A stretch of 62,766 nt of DNA, counting the filler, from a bacterium (GTDB lineage: Bacteria > JAMORN01), in assembly GCA_027063545.1 (NCBI GenBank). It is 12 parts of 12 records of this genome, joined end to end, with 100 filler letters (N's around TTAATTAATTAA, not from the genome) between each part and the next. Parts side by side here need not be neighbours in the genome. Positions count along the whole stretch, not along the records: positions 49,163 to 54,402 come from JAMORN010000190.1; positions 54,503 to 59,739 come from JAMORN010000191.1; positions 59,840 to 62,766 come from JAMORN010000212.1; 9 more parts are not named here. One strand, given 5' to 3'. The first letter of the stretch is position 1. The number at the start of each line of letters is the position of its first letter. The translations under genes were made by a program, and so were the position numbers. Under the pieces are notes generated by a model. That model saw nothing but the letters and a program-made list of their open reading frames with translations. It was not told where the DNA came from and made no database searches. Positions 49,063 to 59,933 of the stretch are shown here, one piece after another.

Positions 49063-49162
49063 NNNNNNNNNNNNNNNNNNNNNNNNNNNNNNNNNNNNNN
49101 NNNNNNTTAATTAATTAANNNNNNNNNNNNNNNNNNNNNNNNNNNNNNNNNNNNNNNNNNNN
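49063..49162. other. Artificial contig linker
   Basis: N44-TTAATTAATTAA-N44. Confidence 0.99.
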
Positions 49163-49730
49163 CTTCTAGAATTCCAGGAGATATCATATTTATATTGTAA
49201 TTAAACTCCATATAGAGCCTTGAAGCGATTTTTTTTATAAACAAAAGAAGATTATATTTAGCCAGATGATAAAAAAATATTTCTTCATTTATCTTACTTT
49301 TATCGATATTTGAATATCCAAAAACAATAATACTTCCTCCATTATTGCTATTTAATAGATTATTATTTATAATTTCATTTAACATCTTATATATATAAAA
49401 GAAATTAGAATAGAATAAATAATTTATCTCTTCAAAGCTAACATTTAATATATTACTATGCTTTAATATATTCCCTATAGTAAAAATAACTATATCAACA
49501 TAACCTAGGTTATCTTTTATTTTTTTGATGAATTCTTTATAATTTTCAGAAAATATATCGAACTTTATAAAAAATAGTTTTTTACATTCTATATAGTTTT
49601 TATAAATTTCTCTAACATTTTTATTTTTATAAAATGTAGCTAAAATTTTTACATCATTTTCCTTTAAATACTCTTTAACCAAAAAATTACCGATTTTTGA
49701 AGATCCACTTATTATTAATATATTTTTCAT
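49163..49730 (-). CDS. SDR oxidoreductase (FolM/pteridine reductase-like), 3' partial
   Basis: [19 protein letters not shown] (YxxxK), INMISPG; ATGA overlap with the folE stop. Confidence 0.65.
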
Positions 49731-50281
49731 CTTTTTATCAACTCTAAAAATTCCATCCTGGTTGATTGACTTGTTTGAAATATTCCCAACATAGCTGAAG
49801 TTTGCATAACAGAATTTTGTTTTTCTACCCCTCTCATCATCATACATAAATGTTGAGCTTCAATTACAACAGCAACTCCTAATGGATTTAGTATATCCCA
49901 TATTGCCTTTGCTATTTGATGGGTAAGTCTTTCTTGAATTTGAAGTCTTCTGGCATACATATCAACTATTCTTGCTAATTTGGAAACACCAATAATTTTT
50001 TTATCTGGAATATAGCCAATATGAGCTTTACCAAAAAATGGTAACATATGATGTTCGCATAAGGAATATAACTCAATATTTTTGAGGATAACCATGTCTT
50101 TGCTTTCAGCTTCAAAAATAGCGTTATTAACTATTTCATCAAGAGTTTGATTATAACCTTTTGTTAAAAATCTAAAAGCATTAGCACTTCTTTTAGGAGT
50201 TTTTACAAGGCCTTCTCTAGTAGGGTCTTCCCCAATTTCTTTTAATAACTCTAAAAATATTTGTTCTAGTTTATCACTCAT
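49727..50281 (-). CDS. folE: GTP cyclohydrolase I
   Basis: [29 protein letters not shown]. Confidence 0.97.
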   Translation of the reverse strand: MSDKLEQIFLELLKEIGEDPTREGLVKTPKRSANAFRFLTKGYNQTLDEIVNNAIFEAESKDMVILKNIELYSLCEHHMLPFFGKAHIGYIPDKKIIGVSKLARIVDMYARRLQIQERLTHQIAKAIWDILNPLGVAVVIEAQHLCMMMRGVEKQNSVMQTSAMLGIFQTSQSTRMEFLELIKR

Positions 50282-50334
50282 TTTTTTCTCCTTTTTTAAT
50301 AAATTTTTTTAAATTAAAATTAAAAAATAATTTT

Positions 50335-50363
50335 TTGACTTATTGTTATCTAATTTTTATTTT
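50335..50363 (+). promoter_or_regulatory. Putative sigma70 promoter of rpsT
   Basis: TTGACT-N17-TATTTT; GGAGG RBS downstream. Confidence 0.45.
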
Positions 50364-50412
50364 TCTAAAACAAAATTTAACTAAAGAAAAATAAATAAAA
50401 CGGAGGAGATAA

Positions 50413-50691
50413 ATGCCACATACTAAGTCAGCAAAAAAGAGATTAAGACAGCAGCAAAAGAGAAGATTAAGAAATAGAGCAGTAAAACATAGAGTAAAGA
50501 CATTAGTAAAGAAAGCTAAAAAGTTATTAGATGAAGGAAAAATAGAAGAAGCAAAAATAGCATTTAATGAAGCTTATTCTGCTATTGATAAAGCTGTAAA
50601 ATATGGAGTTTTCCATAAAAATAAAGCTTCTAATTATAAATCTAAATTAGCAAATTACTTCAATAAAAAACTTTCAAAAATAAATTCTTAG
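50413..50691 (+). CDS. rpsT: 30S ribosomal protein S20
   Basis: KSAKKR, IDKAVKYGVFHKNKA. Confidence 0.97.
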   Translation: MPHTKSAKKRLRQQQKRRLRNRAVKHRVKTLVKKAKKLLDEGKIEEAKIAFNEAYSAIDKAVKYGVFHKNKASNYKSKLANYFNKKLSKINS

Positions 50692-50734
50692 TATAATCTA
50701 TATATTTAGATATTTTTTTCAAATTTTTAGATTA

Positions 50735-50785
50735 AAACTCCCTTCTTTTTTTAATAAAAGAAGGGGGTTTGACTTTATTTATTTC
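50735..50785 (+). terminator. Terminator-like hairpin after rpsT
   Basis: AAACTCCCTTCTTTT / AAAAGAAGGGGGTTT inverted repeat with a T-rich tail. Confidence 0.65.
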
Positions 50786-50823
50786 AGAAAGAAAATTATT
50801 TTTATCAAAAAAAAGGAGGTTTT

Positions 50824-52074
50824 ATGTTAAATTCGTTTATTTATTATAAAGATGGAAATTTATTTGTAGAGAATGTAAAAGTAGAAGATATTGTGAAAGA
50901 GTATGGGACACCTATTTATATATATTCAGCAAATTCATTTAAGAATAGATTTAATAATATAAAAGGAGTTTTACCTGCAGATGCTCTTATTGCTTATTCT
51001 ATAAAATCTAATTCCAATGTAAATATTATTAAATTGTTAAAAGAAGAAGGTGCAGGAGCAGATATAGTTTCTAGGGGTGAATTATATAGAGCTAAACTTG
51101 CAGGTATAGATGGAAGTAAAATTGTTTTTTCTGGAGTTGGAAAAAGTTATGATGATATAAAAGATGCTTTGGAATATGATATCTTAATGTTTAATATAGA
51201 ATCTCTACCTGAGGCAGAATTAATTAATAAAATAGCTTCATCTATGAATAAAAAAGCTAGAGTTTCTATAAGAGTAAATCCTGATGTAGACGCAGATACC
51301 CATCACCATATAACAACTGGAAAGAAAGAAAACAAATTTGGAATAAGTTATGAAGATGCAGTTAATGTGTATAAATATATAAGAGATAATTTAAAGAATT
51401 TAGAAATAATAGGAATAGATACTCATATAGGTTCTTCTATTTTAAAGGTAAATCCTTATAAGGAAGCTATAGGAAAACTAGTTAATTTAATAGAAGATTT
51501 AAAAAAAGAGGGTATAAAGCTAGAATATTTTGATATAGGAGGTGGACTTGGAATAAGATATAGAGAAGAGGATAAAGATATAGATATGAAAGAATGGGGA
51601 AAAACAATAACAGATTTAGTGGGAACTTATAATTTAAAATTAATTGTGGAACCAGGACGTTATATAAGTGGTAATTCTGGTATTTTTGTAAGTAAGGTTT
51701 TATATATGAAGAAAACTGCTCATAAAAATTTTATAATAGTAGATGGAGCTATGAATGATTTGGTTAGGCCTGCTTTTTATGATGCTTATCATAAAATAGA
51801 TTATATTACTATAAAAGATAGAAAAAATATAATTGCAGATGTGGTAGGACCGATTTGTGAAAGTGGTGACTATTTTGCTAAGGAAAGAAATATAGGAGAG
51901 CCTGTAGATGATAATGAATATATTGTTATATTTTCTGCAGGTGCTTATGGTTATGTTATGAGTAGTAATTATAATTCCAGACCAAAATCTCCGGAGGTTT
52001 TGGTTGAAGGAGATAGTGTTAAATTAGTAAAAAGAAGAGAAACATTAGAGGATTTAATAAGAGATGAGTTATAA
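50824..52074 (+). CDS. lysA: Diaminopimelate decarboxylase
   Basis: YGTPIYIY, YSIKSN, KFG, HIGS, DIGGG, EPGR, VGPICESGD, GAYG. Confidence 0.96.
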   Translation: MLNSFIYYKDGNLFVENVKVEDIVKEYGTPIYIYSANSFKNRFNNIKGVLPADALIAYSIKSNSNVNIIKLLKEEGAGADIVSRGELYRAKLAGIDGSKIVFSGVGKSYDDIKDALEYDILMFNIESLPEAELINKIASSMNKKARVSIRVNPDVDADTHHHITTGKKENKFGISYEDAVNVYKYIRDNLKNLEIIGIDTHIGSSILKVNPYKEAIGKLVNLIEDLKKEGIKLEYFDIGGGLGIRYREEDKDIDMKEWGKTITDLVGTYNLKLIVEPGRYISGNSGIFVSKVLYMKKTAHKNFIIVDGAMNDLVRPAFYDAYHKIDYITIKDRKNIIADVVGPICESGDYFAKERNIGEPVDDNEYIVIFSAGAYGYVMSSNYNSRPKSPEVLVEGDSVKLVKRRETLEDLIRDEL

Positions 52075-53608
52075 AATAGCAATTATAGATGATGAAGTTT
52101 CTATTTGTGAGATGTTAAAGTATTTTTTTGAGAAAAGAGGATATGAAGTAGATACATATAATAGTGGAGTTGAGTTTTTAGATATTTTTAAAAAAGAGCC
52201 AAAAAAATATTCTCTTGTTATTTTGGATTTAATGTTGCCTAGAGAAAATGGATTAGATATTCTTCAGAAGATAAAACAAAAAAATCAAGATTTAAATGTA
52301 ATTATAATAACAGCTTATGGAACGATTGAAAATGTAAAAGAGGCTTTAAAATTAGGAGCTTTTGATTTTATAGAAAAGCCGTTTGATATGGAGATATTTG
52401 CATCTGTTGTAGATAAAGCAATAATTAAAGAGGAAAAAAATAGGAATTATAAAAAGATAAAAAGAGATATAGAAGAAACTTTAACAGAAGAAGACATAGA
52501 AAGAAGTTTAATTATAGGTAAAAATGAAAAAATTTTAGAAGCCATAGAAACAGCTATTAAAGTAGCTAAATCTGATATAACTATATTAATAACTGGAGAG
52601 TCGGGGACAGGAAAAGAATTAATAGCTAATTTAATTTATAAAAATTCAAATAGAAAGGATAAACCTTTTTTAAAGGTAAATTGTGCTGCTTTACCTGAAA
52701 CTCTTCTTGAAAGTGAATTTTTTGGACATGTAAAGGGGGCTTTTACAGGAGCTATAAAAGATAGAGAAGGATTGGTAAAAGTTGCCTATGGGGGTACATT
52801 ATTTTTGGATGAGATTTCATCAACAAGTTTAAATTTTCAATCTAAACTTTTACGTTTTATCCAATATAAGGAATATTCTCCTGTAGGTGATAGTAATGTG
52901 TATACATCTGATGTTAGAATAATCGCAGCCACTAATGAAGACTTAAAACAACTGGTAAGAGAAGGTAGATTTAGAGAGGACTTATATTATAGGCTAAATG
53001 TTGTAAATATTTATTTACCTCCTTTAAGAGAGAGGCTTGATGATTTAGAAGATCTTGTAAATTATTTTTTAAAAAAGTATGCTAAAAAATATAATAAAGA
53101 AGAGAAAATTATTTCAAAGGATGTATGGAAGATTTTATATTCTTATTACTGGCCAGGCAATATAAGAGAGTTAGAAAACCTAATAGAAAGATTTTATATT
53201 ATTTCTGATAAGGAAGTAAAGGCAGAAGATTTACCTATAGAAATACTAGAAAGTACGGGGGTTAGAAAATCCAATAAAAATTTAAAACTTCCAAGTTGGC
53301 AAGAAATAGAAAAGGCTTATATTTATTATGTATTATCATCAACAGGTTGGAATAAAAGTGAGGCATCAAGAATTTTGGGAATTGATCCTGCAACGTTATA
53401 TAGAAAGTTAAGTAAATATAATTTTAACAAAGATGATATATCAAAAGAAGAATTTTTGTCATTAAGAGCAAATTTACAATTTGTAGAAAAGGCAATATTG
53501 TTTTATTTTATTAAAGAGAAGCATTTAAATTTAACAGAGATATCTGAAATTATGGGGATAGATATACACATATTAAAGGAGAAGTTAAAGGCTTATGAGA
53601 TACTATAA
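52064..53608 (+). CDS. Sigma54-dependent NtrC/AtoC-family response regulator with two Fis-type HTH segments
   Basis: REC (IIDDE, DLMLP, KP), GESGTGKE, GAFTGA, LFLDE, FREDLYYRLNV, WPGNIREL, HTH. Confidence 0.93.
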   Translation: MSYKIAIIDDEVSICEMLKYFFEKRGYEVDTYNSGVEFLDIFKKEPKKYSLVILDLMLPRENGLDILQKIKQKNQDLNVIIITAYGTIENVKEALKLGAFDFIEKPFDMEIFASVVDKAIIKEEKNRNYKKIKRDIEETLTEEDIERSLIIGKNEKILEAIETAIKVAKSDITILITGESGTGKELIANLIYKNSNRKDKPFLKVNCAALPETLLESEFFGHVKGAFTGAIKDREGLVKVAYGGTLFLDEISSTSLNFQSKLLRFIQYKEYSPVGDSNVYTSDVRIIAATNEDLKQLVREGRFREDLYYRLNVVNIYLPPLRERLDDLEDLVNYFLKKYAKKYNKEEKIISKDVWKILYSYYWPGNIRELENLIERFYIISDKEVKAEDLPIEILESTGVRKSNKNLKLPSWQEIEKAYIYYVLSSTGWNKSEASRILGIDPATLYRKLSKYNFNKDDISKEEFLSLRANLQFVEKAILFYFIKEKHLNLTEISEIMGIDIHILKEKLKAYEIL

Positions 53609-54402
53609 TATATTAAAATATTTTATATTATTAACTATTTTTATCGGGGGTTATAGTATTTCTATTTATTCTACAGAGTTAACAGATCAGCTCTATTATA
53701 TTACTAAACAGATAGATAAAGAAGCTAATAAATATTCAATACTAAAGTCTTATTTAAATAAAAGCTCATTATCAAAAGATGAAAGGAATATTATATTAAA
53801 AATAATAGGGGATACAGCTTTATATAAAAATAAGGATTATAATACCTTAGTTTTATTTTCGATTCTAGCCAATAAAACCAAAAGTGATATTTTAGTAAAT
53901 TACTATTTAGATAAAGCGTTTAGCAAAGCCAAAACTTTTGAAGAGAGACTATATATTTTTTTAAGAGCACTTCAGTTTGGTGCTGAAAATATTGAAAAGT
54001 ATTATAATTATATTCAAGTTTATAGATTAACAAATGATTATAATAATGTTATTGGATTAGGCGATTTAATTTTTTTATTTTCAAATGATAATCAGATAGA
54101 AGAGAAATCTGAATATGTTATATCTTTGGATGAGTCTAGGCTTGGTTATATTATTTATAAGTTTATAACTGATATATTTAAAGTTAGGGTATCTAGTATA
54201 AAATCTGATTTAGTCGATATTTCTTATTTATTAAAAAATGATTTCTTAGCTTATTCTGTATTTGTTATTAATAGTGTTAATTTTATATTTTTTTATGTAA
54301 ATTTACTTTTAATAGTATTATCGTTTATAATATTTTTTAAACATAGAAAAGAAATTTATCATTCATTTCTTCACTATCTTCCTAGAAATGCTTCTATTGA
54401 AT
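53595..54402 (+). CDS. N-terminal part of the TPR/Zn-finger membrane protein (continues at 5449..4177 on the minus strand)
   Basis: Signal peptide, helical repeats, TM helix; ends ...LPRNASI, overlapping the contig 1 end in frame. Confidence 0.7.
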
Positions 54403-54502
54403 NNNNNNNNNNNNNNNNNNNNNNNNNNNNNNNNNNNNNNNNNNNNTTAATTAATTAANNNNNNNNNNNNNNNNNNNNNNNNNNNNNNNNNNNNNNNNNN
54501 NN
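54403..54502. other. Artificial contig linker
   Basis: N44-TTAATTAATTAA-N44. Confidence 0.99.
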
Positions 54503-54857
54503 AGAAGATTTAACTTTATATCTTTCAAAAGATTTAAATATTATTTTTGTTGATTCTAAAACTATTAGAGAATTAAATAGAGAATATAGAAATATAGATA
54601 GAACAACAGATGTATTGTCTTTTTATTATAATGATGAAGATTTAAATCTATGGGGAGAACTTTATATAAATCCTTATCAGGTGGAAAAACAGAGAAAGAG
54701 GTATAATGTATCGTTTAAAGAAGAATTATCAAGAATAATAATTCATGGGATCCTTCATCTCTTGGGATATGATCATCAAACTCCAAAAGAAAGAGATGAA
54801 ATGTTTGCACTTCAGGAAAAAATATTAAATGATTTAAAAAGGAAAGGGGTAATATGA
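54503..54857 (+). CDS. ybeY: rRNA maturation RNase YbeY, 5' partial
   Basis: LNREYRNIDRTTDVLSF, IHGILHLLGYDH. Confidence 0.95.
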
Positions 54858-56146
54858 TAGAGGGGCAGGTTGCTACGTTGAGTGTTGCAATATTATCATC
54901 TTTAGTTTTTGTTATAGTAACCCTATTTAAATATTCTTTAGTTACAAGTTTAATAACTTTAAAGGATGAAGATTATGATGAATCTAACTTTTTCTACAGA
55001 AGATTAAAAGAGTTGAAAGAAAAATCTCAAAGCTTAAAGTCTAGTTTTTATGTATTATCTATTATTTCAAGTATAGTATCTATAATAAGTTTCTGGAAAT
55101 GGCTCTCCTCTACCTATGGTGATGTGGAATCTTTGTTTTTAATACTGGTTATATTTTTTATTCTTCATTTTATTTTATATGCTATTTCTATAACATATCC
55201 TATCTTAGTGTTTTCAATTGTTTATTACTTTTATCAAAGTATAGAAAAAATATTTTTTCCAATTATTTTTATTTATAAATTAATTGAAACATTTTTATTT
55301 AAGCTTTTACATACTACAGATAAGTATATATATCTAACCCCAGAGGAAAGAAATATTATTTTATCATTAGATGAGAATATTGCTTTAGCCTCTAGTGAAT
55401 CATCATTAGATAAAGATGAAATAAAAATGATTCATTCTATTTTTGAATTCAAAGATACTATAGTAAAAGAAATAATGGTTCCAAGAATTGATATCAAGGC
55501 TTTATCAATAGATCTCAGTTTTGATCAAGTTTTAAAAAGCTTAAAAGATATTCAACATTCAAGAATCCCTATATATCAAGATAATATAGATAATATAAAA
55601 GGAATACTATATGTAAAAGATCTAATAAAATTACTTAATGGAAATATAGAAAACAATGCCAGTTTAAATGAAATAAAATGGCAAGAAATTATAAGAGAAC
55701 CATATTTTATTCCATTAAGTAAAAAAATTGATGATTTATTAAAAGAATTTAAATTAAAAAAGATTCATATTGCTGTAGTTGTTGATGAATTCGGAGGAAC
55801 TGCTGGTATTGTTACTTTAGAAGATATTCTCGAGGAAATAGTTGGTGATATAGAAGATGAATTTGATAAAGAGGAGCAAGAGGTAACAAAAATAAATCAA
55901 AATACTTATATTGTAGAAGGAGATATACATTTAAGTGATCTTGAAGATGAAACATCAATAAAATTACATATACCTGAGGACTCTCCTTATGATACTCTCT
56001 CTGGTTTTATTTTAGAATATACAGATACTGTTCCTGAAGAAGGATTTGAATTTGAAAAAGATGGTTATAGATTCAAAATTATAAAAAGAGAAGGTCCTAA
56101 AATACAAAAAGTTAGAATAGAAAAATTAGAAGATAATCAGGAGTAA
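54854..56146 (+). CDS. Hemolysin/CorC-family CNNM-CBS transporter-associated protein
   Basis: TM N-terminus, EIMVPR, HSRIP, VVDEFGGTAGIVTLEDILEEIVG, CorC_HlyC C-terminus. Confidence 0.92.
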   Translation: MIEGQVATLSVAILSSLVFVIVTLFKYSLVTSLITLKDEDYDESNFFYRRLKELKEKSQSLKSSFYVLSIISSIVSIISFWKWLSSTYGDVESLFLILVIFFILHFILYAISITYPILVFSIVYYFYQSIEKIFFPIIFIYKLIETFLFKLLHTTDKYIYLTPEERNIILSLDENIALASSESSLDKDEIKMIHSIFEFKDTIVKEIMVPRIDIKALSIDLSFDQVLKSLKDIQHSRIPIYQDNIDNIKGILYVKDLIKLLNGNIENNASLNEIKWQEIIREPYFIPLSKKIDDLLKEFKLKKIHIAVVVDEFGGTAGIVTLEDILEEIVGDIEDEFDKEEQEVTKINQNTYIVEGDIHLSDLEDETSIKLHIPEDSPYDTLSGFILEYTDTVPEEGFEFEKDGYRFKIIKREGPKIQKVRIEKLEDNQE

Positions 56147-56149
56147 TAT

Positions 56150-57103
56150 ATGGAAACAGTTGTTATTACAGGAGCTGCAGGGTTTATAGGTTCTCATTTA
56201 TGTGATAGATTTTTACAAGAAGGTTTTTATGTTATTGGAATTGATAATTTAATTACTGGAAATATAGAAAATATAGAACATTTAATTGGACATGAGAGAT
56301 TTAGGTTTATTAAATATGATATAACAAATTATATTCATGTTCCAGGTAATGTAGATTATATTTTACATTTTGCATCTCCTGCAAGTCCTATAGACTATCT
56401 TCAACTGCCTATACAAACTCTTAAAGTAGGAAGTATAGGGACTTATCATATTTTAGGATTAGCAAAAGAAAAAAAAGCAAGAATTCTTATAGCCTCTACC
56501 AGTGAAGTGTATGGAGATCCTTTAGAACACCCTCAAAAGGAATCTTATTGGGGAAATGTTAATCCCATAGGTCCCAGAGGTGTTTACGATGAAGCTAAGA
56601 GATTTGCAGAAGCAATTACTATGGCATACCATAGATATCATGGAGTTGATACAAGAATTGTAAGAATCTTTAATACATATGGCCCTAGAATGAGAGTCAA
56701 TGATGGAAGGGTTGTTCCTAATTTTATAAGACAGGCTCTACTAGAAGAAGATATAACTGTATATGGAGATGGTAGTCAGACAAGAAGTTTTTGTTATGTA
56801 AGTGATTTAGTGGAAGGAATTTTTAGAACATTATTTTCTGATGAAATATATCCTATAAATCTAGGTAATCCTGATGAATGGAAAATTATAGATTTTGCTA
56901 AAAAAATAATAGAATTAACCGGGACCACATCAAAAATTGTATATAAACCTCTTCCTCAAGATGATCCTAAGGTTAGAAAGCCTGATATATCAAAAGCAAA
57001 AAGTATTTTAAATTGGGAGCCTAAAGTTTCACTTGAAGAAGGATTAAAAAAGACAATAAGGTATTTTAGAGAATATTTACAAAAACATGGTAATTTGGAT
57101 TAA
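56150..57103 (+). CDS. UDP-glucuronate decarboxylase (UDP-xylose synthase family)
   Basis: [40 protein letters not shown]. Confidence 0.93.
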   Translation: METVVITGAAGFIGSHLCDRFLQEGFYVIGIDNLITGNIENIEHLIGHERFRFIKYDITNYIHVPGNVDYILHFASPASPIDYLQLPIQTLKVGSIGTYHILGLAKEKKARILIASTSEVYGDPLEHPQKESYWGNVNPIGPRGVYDEAKRFAEAITMAYHRYHGVDTRIVRIFNTYGPRMRVNDGRVVPNFIRQALLEEDITVYGDGSQTRSFCYVSDLVEGIFRTLFSDEIYPINLGNPDEWKIIDFAKKIIELTGTTSKIVYKPLPQDDPKVRKPDISKAKSILNWEPKVSLEEGLKKTIRYFREYLQKHGNLD

Positions 57104-57109
57104 GGATTT

Positions 57110-57961
57110 ATGATTTTCTTTAAAAATAAAAGACCAAAATTTGCTGTTGTTTTAGGAAGTGGGGGTGCTAAAGGTATTTCTCATATAGGAGTATTAAAAG
57201 CATTAGAAAATAACAATATTCCTATTGACATAATTACTGGTACAAGCATAGGGGCTTTAATAGGTGCTATTTATGCATCTGGAAATTTGGAAAAATTAAT
57301 AAATTTTTTAACAGATTTTAAGAAAAAAAATTTATTGGAGTATTTAGATTTTAATATTATTCCTAAAAAAGGTTTTATAAAAGGGAAAAAAATAATACAG
57401 TTATTATATGAATTTATTTCTCTAAAAGATTTAAAAGATTCTAATATAAAATTAGGTTTTGTTGCCACTGATTTAACTAAAGGTGAACCTTATTATTTTA
57501 CAGAAGGCGATGTGATATCTGCTGTTAGAAGTAGTATATCTATACCAGGTATATTTGATCCATATCGTTATAATAATAAAATACTTGTAGATGGTGCTGT
57601 TGTAGATCCACTTCCGGTAAAATTAGCAAAAAAATTAGGCGCTGATATTATTTTAGCTGTTGACTTAAGTTATTATAATGTAGAAGCAAAACATAAAGAA
57701 TTTTCAAAAAATAAAGATTATGATAGTTTAGATTTTAATATATTTGAAGTTTTGATTCTAAGTTTAGAATCTCTTGAACGACAAATAGCTCAAGAAATTA
57801 TAAAAAACAATAAGATTGATTTCTTAATACGACCAGAGGTAGGACATATCCATACATTTGATTTTCATAAAGGTTCATATATGATAGAAAATGGCTACAA
57901 AAAGACTAAACCAATAATTCCATTTTTAAAAACAAAATTATTTCTAAAAAAATATATATAG
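57110..57961 (+). CDS. Patatin-like phospholipase (RssA-like)
   Basis: GSGGAKG, GTSIG, SIPG, DGA. Confidence 0.9.
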   Translation: MIFFKNKRPKFAVVLGSGGAKGISHIGVLKALENNNIPIDIITGTSIGALIGAIYASGNLEKLINFLTDFKKKNLLEYLDFNIIPKKGFIKGKKIIQLLYEFISLKDLKDSNIKLGFVATDLTKGEPYYFTEGDVISAVRSSISIPGIFDPYRYNNKILVDGAVVDPLPVKLAKKLGADIILAVDLSYYNVEAKHKEFSKNKDYDSLDFNIFEVLILSLESLERQIAQEIIKNNKIDFLIRPEVGHIHTFDFHKGSYMIENGYKKTKPIIPFLKTKLFLKKYI

Positions 57962-57970
57962 CTATCCCAT

Positions 57971-58783
57971 CTACACTAAACTTTTTTTCACAATAAAATA
58001 ATAAACTTCATAATCTATTAAAATCTCATTATATTTATTCATGTATTTTTTATTTAATTGATAAAAATCTTTTAAAGTAAAACTATAACTATTTTTATTT
58101 ATGTTTATAGTTCCTAAGGACTTTTGATATTTAAAAAAATCTCTTAAGGAATTAAAGGATTGATAAATCAATTCTTTATCTGAATATATTATGTTAAAAT
58201 TTGTTTCTTTTAATTTTTGTATAAGAGATTTATAATCAATGATAGTTTTTGTAATTTTATATTGAGGATTTATTTCATACATAAATTTTTTTAAAGTATA
58301 AAATGTATTTTCTCCAAACATTGAAAATATAAGATAGCCATTAGGTTTTAGTATATTATATATGTTTTTCAAAGCTTTATCCCAGTTTAAGAACCATTGA
58401 AATGTAGAAGCTGAATATATGATATCTATAGAATTATCCTTAAAAGAGGGTTCTTCTCCATCTATAGCTATTATATTAATATTCCAGTTATATTTTTCTC
58501 TAAATTTTTTTAGCATTTCTTTGGATATATCTGAAAAAATAATGGTATTAGTATTAGAATGTAATTTAAAAATATATTTAGAAAATTCTCCTGTTCCTGT
58601 TCCTAGTTCTAAAATAATAGAGTTATCAGAAAAAATAAGATTATTATTTACTACTATATTAAATAAGTTTTTTGCAACTTTTTGTTGAACTATTGAATAA
58701 TTATCGTAGGTTGAGGAGGCTTTGGAAAAATTTTCTATTATCTTATTTTTTAAGCTGTTGTTGGAGGAATTTATTAATTTCAT
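57971..58783 (-). CDS. bioC: Malonyl-ACP O-methyltransferase BioC
   Basis: FSKASSTYD...VQ, LELGTGTG, FQW, in a bio operon. Confidence 0.82.
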   Translation of the reverse strand: MKLINSSNNSLKNKIIENFSKASSTYDNYSIVQQKVAKNLFNIVVNNNLIFSDNSIILELGTGTGEFSKYIFKLHSNTNTIIFSDISKEMLKKFREKYNWNINIIAIDGEEPSFKDNSIDIIYSASTFQWFLNWDKALKNIYNILKPNGYLIFSMFGENTFYTLKKFMYEINPQYKITKTIIDYKSLIQKLKETNFNIIYSDKELIYQSFNSLRDFFKYQKSLGTININKNSYSFTLKDFYQLNKKYMNKYNEILIDYEVYYFIVKKSLV

Positions 58784-59354
58784 TTTTATAATCTAAAACA
58801 AAATGGGATTTATTCTCAAAAATAAATTTTTTCTCTATAGTTTCTAAATTTTTAATATCAAAAATGATATCTTTATTAGACCCTAAAAATATAGCATCTA
58901 TTTGTTTTAATTTATCATTTGGTATATTGATTGCTAATAAATACTCAAGTCCCTCTATTAAACACTCAGGAGAATATACAGAATTTTTTATTAATATTTT
59001 TAAGATTTTTAGATTATTCATATTAGGATAAACTACTTGTCGATAAAATTGTTTTAAAACCTTTTCCACATTACCTTCTTTAATATTTACTATCATATCT
59101 TTTATTAAGTTAATATTTGTATCTGTTGTGAACTTAGCTCCTGCAGATATAATTATATAAAAATTATTTTCCCCTCTAATTTTATCTAAAGCTAAAAATC
59201 CTCCTATTGACCATCCTATTATAATAGAATTTTCTATATATATACTCTTTTTTAATAAATTACACCAATCAATATATTCATATTTATATTCTATTATGTT
59301 TTTATATATATCCCCAAAAGCCCATCCGGAAATAGCCATTATTTTTTTACTCAT
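58743..59354 (-). CDS. BioH/BioG-like pimeloyl-ACP methyl ester esterase
   Basis: SGW, GWSIG nucleophile elbow, D and H triad candidates; between bioF and bioC. Confidence 0.65.
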   Translation of the reverse strand: MSKKIMAISGWAFGDIYKNIIEYKYEYIDWCNLLKKSIYIENSIIIGWSIGGFLALDKIRGENNFYIIISAGAKFTTDTNINLIKDMIVNIKEGNVEKVLKQFYRQVVYPNMNNLKILKILIKNSVYSPECLIEGLEYLLAINIPNDKLKQIDAIFLGSNKDIIFDIKNLETIEKKFIFENKSHFVLDYKNEINKFLQQQLKK

Positions 59355-59739
59355 AATTTATTATACATATCCTTTAAAACATTAATTACATATTTTAAAT
59401 CATTGTAGTTTAATAAATTGGTTAAAGATAATCTTATTCTAGAGGTATTAGGTGCAACTGTTGGAGGGCGAATAGCTACAGAATATATATGATTATCCAA
59501 TAAATATTGAGATAATTTGATTGTTGATAGATTATCACCTAGTATTATAGGTACTATAGGACTATCTGAATCTATAGTAGTAAATCCAATTTTTTTAAAT
59601 TCATTTCTAAAAAAGCTTATCTTTTTTTTAAATTCATCTACAATATTTGAATTTTTTATAATCTCTAAAGATTTTTTTAGTCCTAAGAGTATAATTGGCG
59701 AAATACCTGTAGTGTATATAAAACTTCTAGAATAATTTA
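59351..59739 (-). CDS. bioF: 8-amino-7-oxononanoate synthase BioF, 5' partial
   Basis: Not in the ORF track. SRSFIYTT, SPIVPIILG, AIRPPTV, RIRLS. Confidence 0.88.
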
Positions 59740-59839
59740 NNNNNNNNNNNNNNNNNNNNNNNNNNNNNNNNNNNNNNNNNNNNTTAATTAATTAANNNNN
59801 NNNNNNNNNNNNNNNNNNNNNNNNNNNNNNNNNNNNNNN
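59740..59839. other. Artificial contig linker
   Basis: N44-TTAATTAATTAA-N44. Confidence 0.99.
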
Positions 59840-59933
59840 GGATACTGTAGAAGAGAATTTTGCATTTAAAAGGCAATCATTTTTAGTTATGCAGGGATAT
59901 AAATACGAAATATATAGAGAGGATCAAATATGA
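59840..59933 (+). CDS. Bacterial XPB/Rad25 helicase C-terminal fragment
   Basis: DTVEENFAFKRQSFLVMQGYKYEI matches the DT.E..FA..RQ.FL..QGY.Y signature; ATGA overlap with the next gene. Confidence 0.8.

Noticed and set aside
5494-54458. ORF-track proteins ending in XXX...LIN or N, and the repeated TTAATTAATTAA
   Set aside because: Artefacts of the artificial linker; not biological repeats or true termini.
59351-59354. BioF-BioH fusion
   Set aside because: bioF ends at a TGA overlapping the next ATG (ATGA); these are separate frames.
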